61,953 bases of DNA from contig JAWOHK010000057.1 in NCBI GenBank assembly GCA_046485205.1, forward strand, positions 1 through 61,953, read 5' to 3'. Below the pieces are notes generated by a model, which was given only the letters and a program-made list of their open reading frames with translations, did not search any database and was not told where the DNA came from. Shown here in pieces: positions 21,164 to 29,831 of this stretch (the first letter of the stretch is position 1; the number at the start of each line of letters is the position of its first letter). Made by a program: the position numbers and the translations under genes. Source of the DNA: Chloroflexota bacterium (GTDB lineage: Bacteria; Chloroflexota; Anaerolineae; Promineifilales; Promineifilaceae).

Positions 21164-21222
21164 ATGATAAGCGCTCCCAGCGTCATCTAACAGCACCAAA
21201 ATGGTGTATTTACGGTGTATTC
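21164..21222 (-). promoter_or_regulatory. Regulon promoter A: 30-bp operator, 23 nt, then TATCAT
   Basis: On the - strand gaatacaccgtaaatacaccattttggtgc (21222-21193), then exactly 23 nt, then TATCAT (21169-21164). Confidence 0.75.
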
Positions 21223-21288
21223 GCCCTGAAATAACTGTTGGAAAAATAGTTGCGCCGTTTTGGTGGCACGGGATACGGATGAAAGGCC

Positions 21289-21978
21289 CTAACCATCGCT
21301 GACCGGGTCGCTCTCAACCAGCTGGATATCCTGCAAGCTGAATACCCTGATCGTATCCAGGGTGGGACAACAGGCCGGATCATCCGGGCCCTGGGTCAAC
21401 AGCCTGACCTCGATTTGACCATCCTCGATGCTAACAGATTGGACCTGCACGCGATCGCCCAGCAAGGTGGTGGCGAGGTTAGTCGTTTCGCCAGTCTCAG
21501 TCCCCACAACGGCCAGATAAACAAACGAACCGCTGCCTCCCATGTCGGCTACTAGGATGACCGCAGCATCGGCTTGGCCATCGTCATTTATATCGCCATA
21601 GGCAATCGGTTCCGGCATGAGGCTGACCACAGGGCGGGCGGCTCCGCCTTCGACGAACGGGTCGCCTTCAAAACGCCCGCCGGTCAGGGTTACTGGATGG
21701 TCGAGAATGCCATAATAGCTGGCGTTGTTCAAATCCTCCACAGACACTTGGCGAGGAACAGTTGAAGGCAATACCGTTTCTATATGAGCAGGCGTAGCTG
21801 TCATCAAAATTTGTATTTCTGCCAAGGTAGGCAAGGGTAGCGGATTCGGCGCTTCAGAGATGTTGGCCGGAATTTCCGCTTCACCGCCCCGACCGGAACA
21901 GGCTATTAGGCTCACAAAAATCAACGGCAGGAGAGCGAGAACGGTCAGTCCTTTCAATGTTTGGTTTCTAGAAAACAT
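21289..21978 (-). CDS. Lipoprotein (LppP/LprE-like C-terminal domain)
   Basis: Lipobox SLIAC; YGDINDDGQADA, GGSG.F.YL, LGDRV, DPACCP. Confidence 0.7.
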   Translation of the reverse strand: MFSRNQTLKGLTVLALLPLIFVSLIACSGRGGEAEIPANISEAPNPLPLPTLAEIQILMTATPAHIETVLPSTVPRQVSVEDLNNASYYGILDHPVTLTGGRFEGDPFVEGGAARPVVSLMPEPIAYGDINDDGQADAAVILVADMGGSGSFVYLAVVGTETGETTNLATTLLGDRVQVQSVSIEDGQIEVRLLTQGPDDPACCPTLDTIRVFSLQDIQLVESDPVSDG

Positions 21979-22110
21979 CGGCTTATGCTTGAGTCTTGTT
22001 CCAGAACAGGGTAATGGCCAAGACCTACCATCAGGTCATTATTGCCAATTGAGTAGGGATTTAGGATTTAGGATCTCGAATTAGAACGAGAGCAGAGGTA
22101 TGGCTTGCAC

Positions 22111-22497
22111 CTACCTCTCAGATTCAATCGGTTCCACGACTTCAGCGTTTTTCTCCGGTATTTTAGGAACCATATTATTTGATCGCACGATACGGATACG
22201 ATCGATCACGCCCAATAAGATACCGATGCCATTGATGATATAGAAGATGGTAAACCCTTTCGCTAAGGGCGTTGTCGGCGTTAAATCTCCATAGCCGACA
22301 GTTGCCAGGCTAATGACACTGAAATAGAGGGCATCAAGATAGCTCCACCCTTCAAGCCAATGATAAACAAACATCCCAAACAATAGCGTAAGCCCTGCCC
22401 AAATCAGGATCGGGCGCGAGTCTTTATCGCTTAATATGTCCACCAGGAACAAATTGCGAAGTGGCCGATTGGTCTTCATCTCATCATCGATACTCAA
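22111..22497 (-). CDS. Stand-alone two-TM potassium channel (KcsA/NaK-like, Ion_trans_2)
   Basis: EGWSYLDALYFSVISLATVGYGDLTP with the TVGYG selectivity filter. Confidence 0.9.
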   Translation of the reverse strand: MSIDDEMKTNRPLRNLFLVDILSDKDSRPILIWAGLTLLFGMFVYHWLEGWSYLDALYFSVISLATVGYGDLTPTTPLAKGFTIFYIINGIGILLGVIDRIRIVRSNNMVPKIPEKNAEVVEPIESER

Positions 22498-22952
22498 CGA
22501 ACTGCTTCGAGGTAGGCGGTAATGCCCAAAAACCCGGATAGGTCGCAGCGAGTCATCTTGCCCCCATGATCGCTTGACAGTCGAATGCCGGCCTGCTTGC
22601 CGTCGAAGTCAGCCGTGACGCCCAGAACGCCCTTCTCAACCCGGTACGAAGCCTTTTCATCGACATGCGAGTTGATTTGGAGGACGCAAGAACCGGCGAA
22701 GGCCGTCTCATCGGCGTCGCTTAACTGCAGGTGAATATTGAGATCGCCGGAGTAGACGATGATTGATAGATGACCGTTGATGTTGACTTCATTGTCAGTA
22801 AGCGTCAGAATTTCGCCACGACCCACTGATTTCCAAATCATGAACTCGTGGATCTTCAGTTCAACCTTTTGCCCAGCTTGGGCATCTTTGGCTATGTAGG
22901 GGAATAGGGAGGCCATGATACCATTCCTGTTGAAAAACCTCTTCCGGAGCAT
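22494..22952 (-). CDS. Hypothetical beta-rich protein
   Basis: 152-aa ORF overlapping the channel gene start by 4 nt, in operon orientation. Confidence 0.6.
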   Translation of the reverse strand: MLRKRFFNRNGIMASLFPYIAKDAQAGQKVELKIHEFMIWKSVGRGEILTLTDNEVNINGHLSIIVYSGDLNIHLQLSDADETAFAGSCVLQINSHVDEKASYRVEKGVLGVTADFDGKQAGIRLSSDHGGKMTRCDLSGFLGITAYLEAVR

Positions 22953-23035
22953 AGAGAGATGGGGTAGCCGGACACGTCCGCGCTACCCCAAATTGTCAAC
23001 CGATCGAATGGGCGCTATGCCCATCTGCCACCCAT

Positions 23036-23082
23036 TGTAAAGCCGGTCGGCGACCGACTTTACAGTCGGCGACTGACTTTAC
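23036..23082. repeat. Hairpin plus local tandem duplication abutting the HdeD-like stop codon
   Basis: tgtaaagccggtcg-g-cgaccgactttaca followed by a second gtcggcgac[c/t]gactttac unit. Confidence 0.5.
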
Positions 23083-23651
23083 TGTACCTTACGTTGCTGG
23101 AAAGCCCGGTAAATCACGAAGAATCCACCGACAAACGCCCAAACGGCCGCGGCCCAAATCATGGCCAGTCCCGAACCGACCACTGTGTAGTTGGCGATGA
23201 GGATAATGCCGAAGATGATGCCGATCACGCCAAGGGCAATCAGGCCCCAACCGCCGCCTCTGAAACCCATAATTGTGGCAACGATACCCTGCATCAGACC
23301 CCAGATACCGAGGACCAGCACAAAGACCCGTGGCAGCACGAGGGCAGCCGCGATGGGATAAGCCACGATGTAAAACCCGGCCATGATGCTGATGAGGCCC
23401 ATGAAGAGCTTCCAACCCCAGCCGGTATGATCAGTGAACATATGCACCAGGTCGAGTACGCCACTGATAATCCAGTAGATTCCGAGCAAGGTAACCAGAA
23501 GCACCCACGAGTTGGCCGCTGTTTTAAACGGAGCCCAGAGCAAGATAGCGCCGATGATCACCATAGCGATACCTTGAATTAAAAGAAAACCCCACGGACG
23601 CCCCTTTGACTCGAGAGCCATCGGGGAAGGTTCTACTGCTACTGCTGTCAT
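23079..23651 (-). CDS. HdeD/DUF308 family membrane protein
   Basis: Repeated GI..II.G.I / LGIYWIISG / GLISIMAG / GVIGIIFGIIL pattern, about 6 TM segments; AGGAG RBS. Confidence 0.85.
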   Translation of the reverse strand: MTAVAVEPSPMALESKGRPWGFLLIQGIAMVIIGAILLWAPFKTAANSWVLLVTLLGIYWIISGVLDLVHMFTDHTGWGWKLFMGLISIMAGFYIVAYPIAAALVLPRVFVLVLGIWGLMQGIVATIMGFRGGGWGLIALGVIGIIFGIILIANYTVVGSGLAMIWAAAVWAFVGGFFVIYRAFQQRKVQ

Positions 23652-23743
23652 GTCTAATTACTCCTGTTTTAAAGATTAAAAAAATTCCATATCACATTCG
23701 TGACGACTGTTACGCCGATCCGTACCGATATAAATCGGGAGGA

Positions 23744-23774
23744 TTAAAAGCCGGCCAGTTTTCGACCGGCTCTT
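23744..23774 (-). terminator. Intrinsic terminator-like hairpin after the SHOCT gene
   Basis: On the - strand aagagccggtcg-aaaa-ctggccggcttttaa. Confidence 0.55.
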
Positions 23775-23868
23775 CACTTAAAAAATGACCCGGCCACGGG
23801 ATCTATCCCGCTATTGGTCACGCGACGGAAGTTTCCGTCTGGACGCAGCCCATAAGGACCGCTCACCA

Positions 23869-24162
23869 TTATGTACCGAGTAGCTGCGCTTTCTGAGCCG
23901 CAAACTCCTCTTCAGTAAGAAGGCCCTGGGCCTTAAGCGCGCCTAAACGCTCCAGTTGGGTGATGACGTCTTCTTCGGCTGAAGGGGCAGCCGGAACCTC
24001 GACATATTGCACTTCCGCGGCCGGGGGCGCAGCGTGTTCCACCGCCTGAGAATAGGCAGCGACGTTCTTGTCAGCCTGCCGCCGGTTGACCGCGTTACGG
24101 GTGGCAGTGGCGGTACCTACTACAGCGGCCGTCCGGGCCATTCCTCTCATTAATCCTGGCAT
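23869..24162 (-). CDS. SHOCT domain protein
   Basis: MPGL.RG.ARTAAV.GTATA...V.RRQ N-terminus; QLERLGALKAQGLLTEEEFAAQKAQLL SHOCT motif; AAGGAG RBS. Confidence 0.88.
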   Translation of the reverse strand: MPGLMRGMARTAAVVGTATATRNAVNRRQADKNVAAYSQAVEHAAPPAAEVQYVEVPAAPSAEEDVITQLERLGALKAQGLLTEEEFAAQKAQLLGT

Positions 24163-24279
24163 TTACATTCTCCTTTATTGATTTGATTAAAATTGGTAGA
24201 GGCGAGGCAACTGGGAGATGACTTGCCGGTTAACCCAGAAGACTCCGTCCCGGTTATCTCGCCCCTTCTTACTTGGGCA

Positions 24280-24693
24280 CTAGACAAAAGCCTCGTCAAC
24301 GATTGGCGCCGGAACCCGGAAGTTCAGGGCCACTTCGACGCCGCTTTTCTCCAGCGTATTCACCAGTTCAATGGCCCAGGTGTGCTCGATTGCCAGAGCG
24401 ATCACGGCCGAATCAGGGACCATTCCCTCCCACAGGGTTTCGGCATCATCGGCATCGAAAAGTCCTCTCGATTCGGAATCGACAAATTGCAGATCGGCTT
24501 TATCCTGCGCCGACAGATCTTCGAAGTCCATCTGCCAGCTCTCTCCGGACTCAGCCTTGAACAAAACCATCACGTCCAGTACCCGGATGGTCCCCGAAGC
24601 GGTTTGCTTCTTCAATTCTCTCAGGATACTGCCGTCAAAATGCGGCGCACCTAACGCCAGAACGACAACATCTACAGGTCCACGACTAATCAT
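24280..24693 (-). CDS. DUF6325-like protein (DUF1269-related)
   Basis: GPVD..V......F.G.I..EL.....G.IRVLD and EHTWA motifs; GGAGG RBS. Confidence 0.75.
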   Translation of the reverse strand: MISRGPVDVVVLALGAPHFDGSILRELKKQTASGTIRVLDVMVLFKAESGESWQMDFEDLSAQDKADLQFVDSESRGLFDADDAETLWEGMVPDSAVIALAIEHTWAIELVNTLEKSGVEVALNFRVPAPIVDEAFV

Positions 24694-24741
24694 GTTTTGA
24701 TACCTCCATAAGGTTTTCTACCTATCAAGCCTTAATCATAC

Positions 24742-24800
24742 ACTTTATCCGATCCGTGTAAACACTGTTAGTACCAAAAAGGTGTAAATAAGGTGATATC
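24742..24800 (-). promoter_or_regulatory. Regulon promoter B: 30-bp operator, 23 nt, then TAAAGT
   Basis: On the - strand gatatcaccttatttacacctttttggtac (24800-24771), then 23 nt, then TAAAGT (24747-24742). Confidence 0.72.
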
Positions 24801-24941
24801 CAACATCCGAATTCCGGAGGACTTCGCTCAAGCGGAGATGTGAAGACGCAATGGAAGGTAACTTGCTTTGAATACTTTTGTGGGAATGCAAGGACCGATC
24901 CGGCCGTGAAATTGAATAGTTTGTATCAAAAGTATTTTAGG

Positions 24942-25002
24942 GTTCGTGGTAGCGACTTCAGTTGCGTTCTGCACGGTATGCGCTTAAGCGCCAATTACGA
25001 AC
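24942..25002. repeat. 61-bp REP/REPIN-like element, family A copy 2
   Basis: gttcgtggtagcgacttcagttgcg...gcgcttaagcgccaattacgaac aligns without gaps to 19455-19515. Confidence 0.72.
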
Positions 25003-25032
25003 AGGTTGATTTGATTAGCGTTACACTGCAAT

Positions 25033-25091
25033 AAATACACCTTATCTACGCCATTTGGGTGATATGAAGATAATCCCTTTCATTCCATAAT
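25033..25091 (+). promoter_or_regulatory. Regulon promoter C: 30-bp operator, 23 nt, then CATAAT; leaderless
   Basis: aaatacaccttatctacgccatttgggtga (25033-25062), 23 nt, CATAAT (25086-25091), ATG 6 nt later. Confidence 0.75.
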
Positions 25092-25097
25092 ATCGTC

Positions 25098-25634
25098 ATG
25101 GCGAAAATTCGAAAGCTCCAATTTAACTGGCGTCTGATGCTCGTCCAAATCGTCGCCAATGCCATGGCATTGGGCCTGACGGTGTTATTATTGCCGGGCA
25201 TTTACTTTCACTCCGAGCGGGTTGTGTTGGCGCTGCTGGCCAGCGGGTTTATCTTCGGCCTGCTAAACGCCTTCATCCGGCCCATCCTGCAGTTCATCAT
25301 GTTCCGATTTCTGTTCATCACCTTCGGATTGGTGTTGATTTTCATTAATTTCATCATGCTCAGATTGCTGGCCCGGTTAACGCCCGGATGGTTCGAGAGC
25401 GACAGCATTTTATGGACGATTGCCGCAGCTGTTCTCGTTGGCTTGCTGGGCGTATTCTTCGAGACGCTTCTGGGACTGCGACCGCCACTGCGCGATGACC
25501 GCCCGGAAGGGCGAGCGATGCAGCGCTGGTTCAGCCTGAGCGGCGCTCCGGTTCAGGTTCCGATGATATCGGTCGCTACCGAGGAACCCCTTCCCTCAGG
25601 CGGTGCAGAGTCCAATCAGGGTGATTCAATATGA
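25098..25634 (+). CDS. 4-TM 'phage holin family' (YvlD-like) membrane protein
   Basis: LLPGI, FGLLNAFIRPIL, ITFGL....IN motifs. Confidence 0.82.
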   Translation: MAKIRKLQFNWRLMLVQIVANAMALGLTVLLLPGIYFHSERVVLALLASGFIFGLLNAFIRPILQFIMFRFLFITFGLVLIFINFIMLRLLARLTPGWFESDSILWTIAAAVLVGLLGVFFETLLGLRPPLRDDRPEGRAMQRWFSLSGAPVQVPMISVATEEPLPSGGAESNQGDSI

Positions 25635-27352
25635 AGCAACGGAGCAGCATCGACCAGGTTCGTGAGAGCTTGCGTCTGCAACAAATCTATAACACTATTT
25701 CCAGCTACGCGCTCGATATGGGGCTGGATCGCGGCGCGCTGGGCGTATTTCGCCGGCGGATGCAGGAGTTCGTTTACCAGCCGGGCCAGCCGGTGGAGCC
25801 GTTGACCTTGCCGGTCAAAACTCGCCTAATGTTACAGGAACTGGGCCCGACCTATGTCAAAATGGGCCAGATCATCTCCAGCCGTGCCGAAGTTCTGCCT
25901 GCGGATTGGGCACGGGAGCTCAATAAATTACAGAGTAATGTACCGCCTTTCCCCTCCGACCAGGTGCGGGAAATCATTATCGAGGAATTGGGCGACACCC
26001 CGGAGAAATGTTATCAGGAGTTTAACCCCACGCCGTTCGCCGCCGCGTCGACCGCCCAGGTTCACCACGCCCTGCTGGCCGACGGCACGAAGGTAGTGGT
26101 CAAAGTTCAGCGACCGGGCATCCGCACCCAGATGAAGGCCGATATCGGGGTCATGAGCAGTCTGTCCAGTGTGCTGGAACGGCGCTCGCAATATGCCCGC
26201 GATATCGACCTGCCGGGTATGATCAATGAGTTTGGCGAGGGAATTATCCGCGAACTGGATTATGGCGGCGAGCTCTACAACATGAAGCGGCTGGCCCGCA
26301 ACATGGCGGACATGCCGGGCATCGCCATCCCAACCACTTATCCACACTTGTGCAGTTCCAAAATCCTGACCATGGACTTCATGGAAGGGGTGAAGATCAA
26401 CAACGTCGAGGCCATCGATGCCGCGGGACTTGATCGCCTGGAGATCGGCGCCGCCATCCTGCGAGCGCTCATCAAACAGCTACTGATAGATGGATTTTTC
26501 CATGCCGATCCTCACCCGGGTAATATTCTGGTCAACCTGGAGACCGGCATGGTCGGCTTCCTCGATATGGGGATGATGGGCGAAATCGACTTCAATCAGC
26601 GATTGAACCTGATCAATCTGTTGATGGTCACTCGCCAGAAGGATGCCGCCGGATTGGCCCGCGCGGTCCGCAGCCTGAGCGTGCCCTTCCGCAAGAATGT
26701 CAATGACGCGGTGTTTTACAAGGATTTCGAACGGGCGATTGGCCGGTATATGGATCCTGATTCCCCGGCGTCTTTTGGCCCGCTCATGAACATCGTCTTC
26801 GATCTGCTGGCCTCCAACGGCTTGCGCCTGAATTCAGACCTGACCCTGGCCATCAAGGCGATGATGCAGGCTGAAGCCATCTATACAGCTCTTTATCCTG
26901 AAGGTGGCGGCCTGGTCGAAATGGGGTTTGACACGGTCAAGGAACTGGTTCTCCAGGAGACTACGGCCGATAATGTCAAAGACATCCTAACCCGCCAGGC
27001 ATCGTTGCTAGCCCAGGATATGGTCAAGGAATTACCGTCGCTTAAGGAGGCCACGCTGGGCTGGTTGGGCATGTATCGTCGCGGCCGGTTTGAATTACAC
27101 GTCGACACTTCGGGCCTGACCAAGGAAGTCAGCGCGATCCGAAGCATCGCCCAGCAAATCATCCTTGGCATTGTCCTAGTGGGTATGCTCGTGGGGTCGG
27201 CCATCGCCGCCAGTTTCTCGGCCGTCGCCGGAGATATCGGGTCTGCTCTGGCGCAATGGGCCCTGGTGATTTTCTTCATCTCCGTCGCCATCTCGGCCAT
27301 TTTCATAGCTGTTTTGGTGTTCAGGTTATTGTGGCCGAAGCGCGAGGAATAG
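25631..27352 (+). CDS. ABC1/UbiB (AarF) family atypical kinase
   Basis: LGPTYVKMGQ (KxGQ), AAASTAQVH, VKVQRPG, GFFHADPHPGN, DMGMMG; C-terminal TM pair; ATGA overlap with the upstream gene. Confidence 0.92.
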   Translation: MKQRSSIDQVRESLRLQQIYNTISSYALDMGLDRGALGVFRRRMQEFVYQPGQPVEPLTLPVKTRLMLQELGPTYVKMGQIISSRAEVLPADWARELNKLQSNVPPFPSDQVREIIIEELGDTPEKCYQEFNPTPFAAASTAQVHHALLADGTKVVVKVQRPGIRTQMKADIGVMSSLSSVLERRSQYARDIDLPGMINEFGEGIIRELDYGGELYNMKRLARNMADMPGIAIPTTYPHLCSSKILTMDFMEGVKINNVEAIDAAGLDRLEIGAAILRALIKQLLIDGFFHADPHPGNILVNLETGMVGFLDMGMMGEIDFNQRLNLINLLMVTRQKDAAGLARAVRSLSVPFRKNVNDAVFYKDFERAIGRYMDPDSPASFGPLMNIVFDLLASNGLRLNSDLTLAIKAMMQAEAIYTALYPEGGGLVEMGFDTVKELVLQETTADNVKDILTRQASLLAQDMVKELPSLKEATLGWLGMYRRGRFELHVDTSGLTKEVSAIRSIAQQIILGIVLVGMLVGSAIAASFSAVAGDIGSALAQWALVIFFISVAISAIFIAVLVFRLLWPKREE

Positions 27353-27383
27353 CATATTCTCAGTATATATAAGGAGAAGCGCT

Positions 27384-27785
27384 ATGAAGATAAGCCTGAA
27401 GATTTCAATGATAGCGGCGTTGCTGGTCCTACTTCTGGCAGCCTGTGGCGGCGCTAGCGAGGAACCGTCTGTCGCGTTCTGTGATGCCCTGAACGAGATA
27501 AACGAGACGGGGCCGACCATCGCCGCGCTCGGCGATGTGGCCGATCTGGCTCAGATCGTGCAATTGGGAGCGACTATGGATAACAACTGGAAAGACCTCT
27601 CCAGTGCGGTCGAGCGGATGGATGTCACGATCCAACAGACATTCGGACCTTATGATACGCAATATCTCGAAGTTCCGGCCATCACCCAGGAGACGGCCAT
27701 ACCGGTAGCCCGTTCATTGCTGGATACCAAAAACGCCATCGCGACCGACGCTTATAACGCGTTGTACCCCGGGAATTGCCCCTAG
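27384..27785 (+). CDS. Small lipoprotein
   Basis: AAGGAG RBS, lipobox LLAAC, additional Cys pair (FC ... C-terminal NCP). Confidence 0.75.
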   Translation: MKISLKISMIAALLVLLLAACGGASEEPSVAFCDALNEINETGPTIAALGDVADLAQIVQLGATMDNNWKDLSSAVERMDVTIQQTFGPYDTQYLEVPAITQETAIPVARSLLDTKNAIATDAYNALYPGNCP

Positions 27786-27789
27786 CCGC

Positions 27790-28062
27790 CCGATGGCGGC
27801 CGCGCCAGACGGCCATCTGTTCTTCGACAAAGGTGTGAACCGCCTCACCGCCGATGGTGACTTCGCCCGCTGTCGGCCGATCGATGCCGGTCAGGAGATT
27901 GATGAGCGTCGATTTGCCACTGCCTGACTTACCAATGATGGCCACAAACTCGCCCCGGTTGATCTGGAGATCGATGCCTTTCAGAGCCGGGAAATCTCCG
28001 GCCGGGGTCTGGTAGATTTTGGTCAAACCGCGAGCGTCTACGAAGAGTTGAGAATCGAGCAT
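27790..28062 (-). pseudogene. Truncated MacB/LolD-type ABC transporter ATP-binding gene
   Basis: [25 protein letters not shown] (Walker A) ending at WRGRH. No Q-loop, signature or Walker B; runs into the convergent lipoprotein gene. Confidence 0.85.
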
Positions 28063-28224
28063 CGCGCCCCTTATCTTGTTGGCCGGGTTTTTCCTTGAAA
28101 ACCGGGTGTTTTTATTTTTATTTCGGTTGATTCAACAAGAGGGGGAAAGAATATCAGTAAGGGGCCAAAGACGCTATGGAAACAAAAAAAACCGGGTATT
28201 CAAGGGAATACCCGGCTAGTAGAC

Positions 28225-28566
28225 CTACAAGTCCTTCACGTACCGGTTTTGCTTGTCCACCAATATCTGTCGCGGCGTGATCGGCTGGTCGGTTAACTCA
28301 AAGCCGACGATGATGATTTCTTCCTCAGCCTTGATCAGGTGGGCGGCCGCGCCATTCATCGAGATAAAACCGGAGCCGCGCTCCCCGACGATGACGTACG
28401 TTTCTAGCCGCGCGCCGCTGGTATTACTGACGACCAGGACTTTTTCACCCGGCCACAACCCGACCCGGTCGACCAGGTCGGCATCGATTGTGATACTACC
28501 GATATAATCAAGGTTTGCCTCCACGACCGTGGCCTTGTGGATCTTTGAACGCATTAACCATCTCAT
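28225..28566 (-). CDS. panD: Aspartate 1-decarboxylase
   Basis: MRWLMRSKIHKATV..ANLDYIGSITID (Gly-Ser cleavage site), GARLETY, NGAAAHL; TATGAT 7 nt before the ATG. Confidence 0.93.
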   Translation of the reverse strand: MRWLMRSKIHKATVVEANLDYIGSITIDADLVDRVGLWPGEKVLVVSNTSGARLETYVIVGERGSGFISMNGAAAHLIKAEEEIIIVGFELTDQPITPRQILVDKQNRYVKDL

Positions 28567-28618
28567 AGCATCAATCATATAACAGGGATCGTATGATTTT
28601 GCTAAGATCGAGGGGGAT

Positions 28619-29779
28619 TTACAGCGGCCGGTAAGCTCGAATGATCCGCGCGACATCCTCTCCCGGCAGGCCGTAGCGCACGTGGCCGTTGCGCCCGACA
28701 ACTGTCTGGGCCATGAGCAGGCTATTGTAAATGGCCTCTTCCACGCTCTCAATCACAGCCAGGGAGAACATATCCATGAATGGCTGCTCGTAGAGAACCG
28801 GCCGGGGCATCAGTGGTGTCTCCGGCTGGTCGGGGATGCGATTCGTCGTGCTGAAGGCGATGACGAAATCACCGCTGCCGCCGTGGCCGGTGCTGCCTGT
28901 CCGAGCCAGGCCGAACGCCGCCCGATGGCACAGCCGCGCCAATCCGCGTGCAGCCAGTGACGCATCAGTTGCGAGGACGATCATGATCGAACCTGCATCC
29001 GGGCGGCGAGAGTCAGGGCTCGGATCTCGTATTTCTAATTTCGTACCTGAGCCCGGTGGCCGGAGATGATTCCCTACCGGCACACCGCTGATCACCAATT
29101 CCTCCGGCGCGCCGAAATTACTCTGCACCAGCGCGCCGACCGTGTAGCCGCCGGACTCCTCCGGCAATTGCCGCGAGGCCGTGCCGATGCCGCCCTTCCA
29201 ACCGTAGCAACTCGTGCCCGTCCCCGCGCCGACCGCGCCTTCCTCGACCTCCGCCGCCGCGCTGGCCAGGGCCGCGCGAACCTCGGTCAGGCCCACCGGC
29301 CGGGCCTGCAGGTCGCTCAGGTAGCCGTCACTTGTCTCTCCGACGACCGGGTTAACGCTGGCGTAACCGCGATAGCCGCTCTCGGGGAAACCCGCGCCGA
29401 TATGGGGGTTTTGCTCAATCGCCAGGGTCATCAGCGCGTCAGCCACCCGCGGCACGTTCATCGTGCCGGTCAGGGCGATAGGCGTTTCGAGGCCGCCCAG
29501 TTCGCGCACTTGCTCGAACCCGGCGACCTTGCCGAAGCCGTTAATGGTGTGGACAGCGGCGACCACCTTTTCCGCGTAAAGATCGCCTCCGTGGGGTACG
29601 ATCAGCGTCACGCCGGTGCGCAGCGGACCGTGGCCCGGACGCCAATCTGGGTCGGCAACGCCTTCCCCTGCGAGCAATGTGGCGTGGCCGACCAGCACGC
29701 CGGCCACGTCGGTGATAGCGTTGCGCGGGCCGGGCGGCAATGAGCTTTCGTAGATTCCCAGTTCACGGATGCGGGGCAT
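28619..29779 (-). CDS. DmpA/P1 family (S58) aminopeptidase
   Basis: NAITDVAGVLVGH, NGFGK, GAVGAGTG, KGGIGTASR, VQSNFG, GSIMIVLATDA, SGDFVIAFST. Confidence 0.9.
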   Translation of the reverse strand: MPRIRELGIYESSLPPGPRNAITDVAGVLVGHATLLAGEGVADPDWRPGHGPLRTGVTLIVPHGGDLYAEKVVAAVHTINGFGKVAGFEQVRELGGLETPIALTGTMNVPRVADALMTLAIEQNPHIGAGFPESGYRGYASVNPVVGETSDGYLSDLQARPVGLTEVRAALASAAAEVEEGAVGAGTGTSCYGWKGGIGTASRQLPEESGGYTVGALVQSNFGAPEELVISGVPVGNHLRPPGSGTKLEIRDPSPDSRRPDAGSIMIVLATDASLAARGLARLCHRAAFGLARTGSTGHGGSGDFVIAFSTTNRIPDQPETPLMPRPVLYEQPFMDMFSLAVIESVEEAIYNSLLMAQTVVGRNGHVRYGLPGEDVARIIRAYRPL

Positions 29780-29831
29780 GGCTGGTTCTTAAATCAGATG
29801 CCCGAAAGCGGGGGAGCACTCATTAGCCGTG

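Noticed and set aside
25098-25634. Prophage suggested by a 'holin'
   Set aside because: This 4-TM family is common in chromosomes. There are no adjacent phage structural, integrase or lysin genes, and it is coupled to an ABC1 kinase.
27682-28062. Intact 126-aa ABC protein
   Set aside because: It lacks the signature and Walker B motifs, and its last ~36 residues are antisense read-through of the lipoprotein gene.
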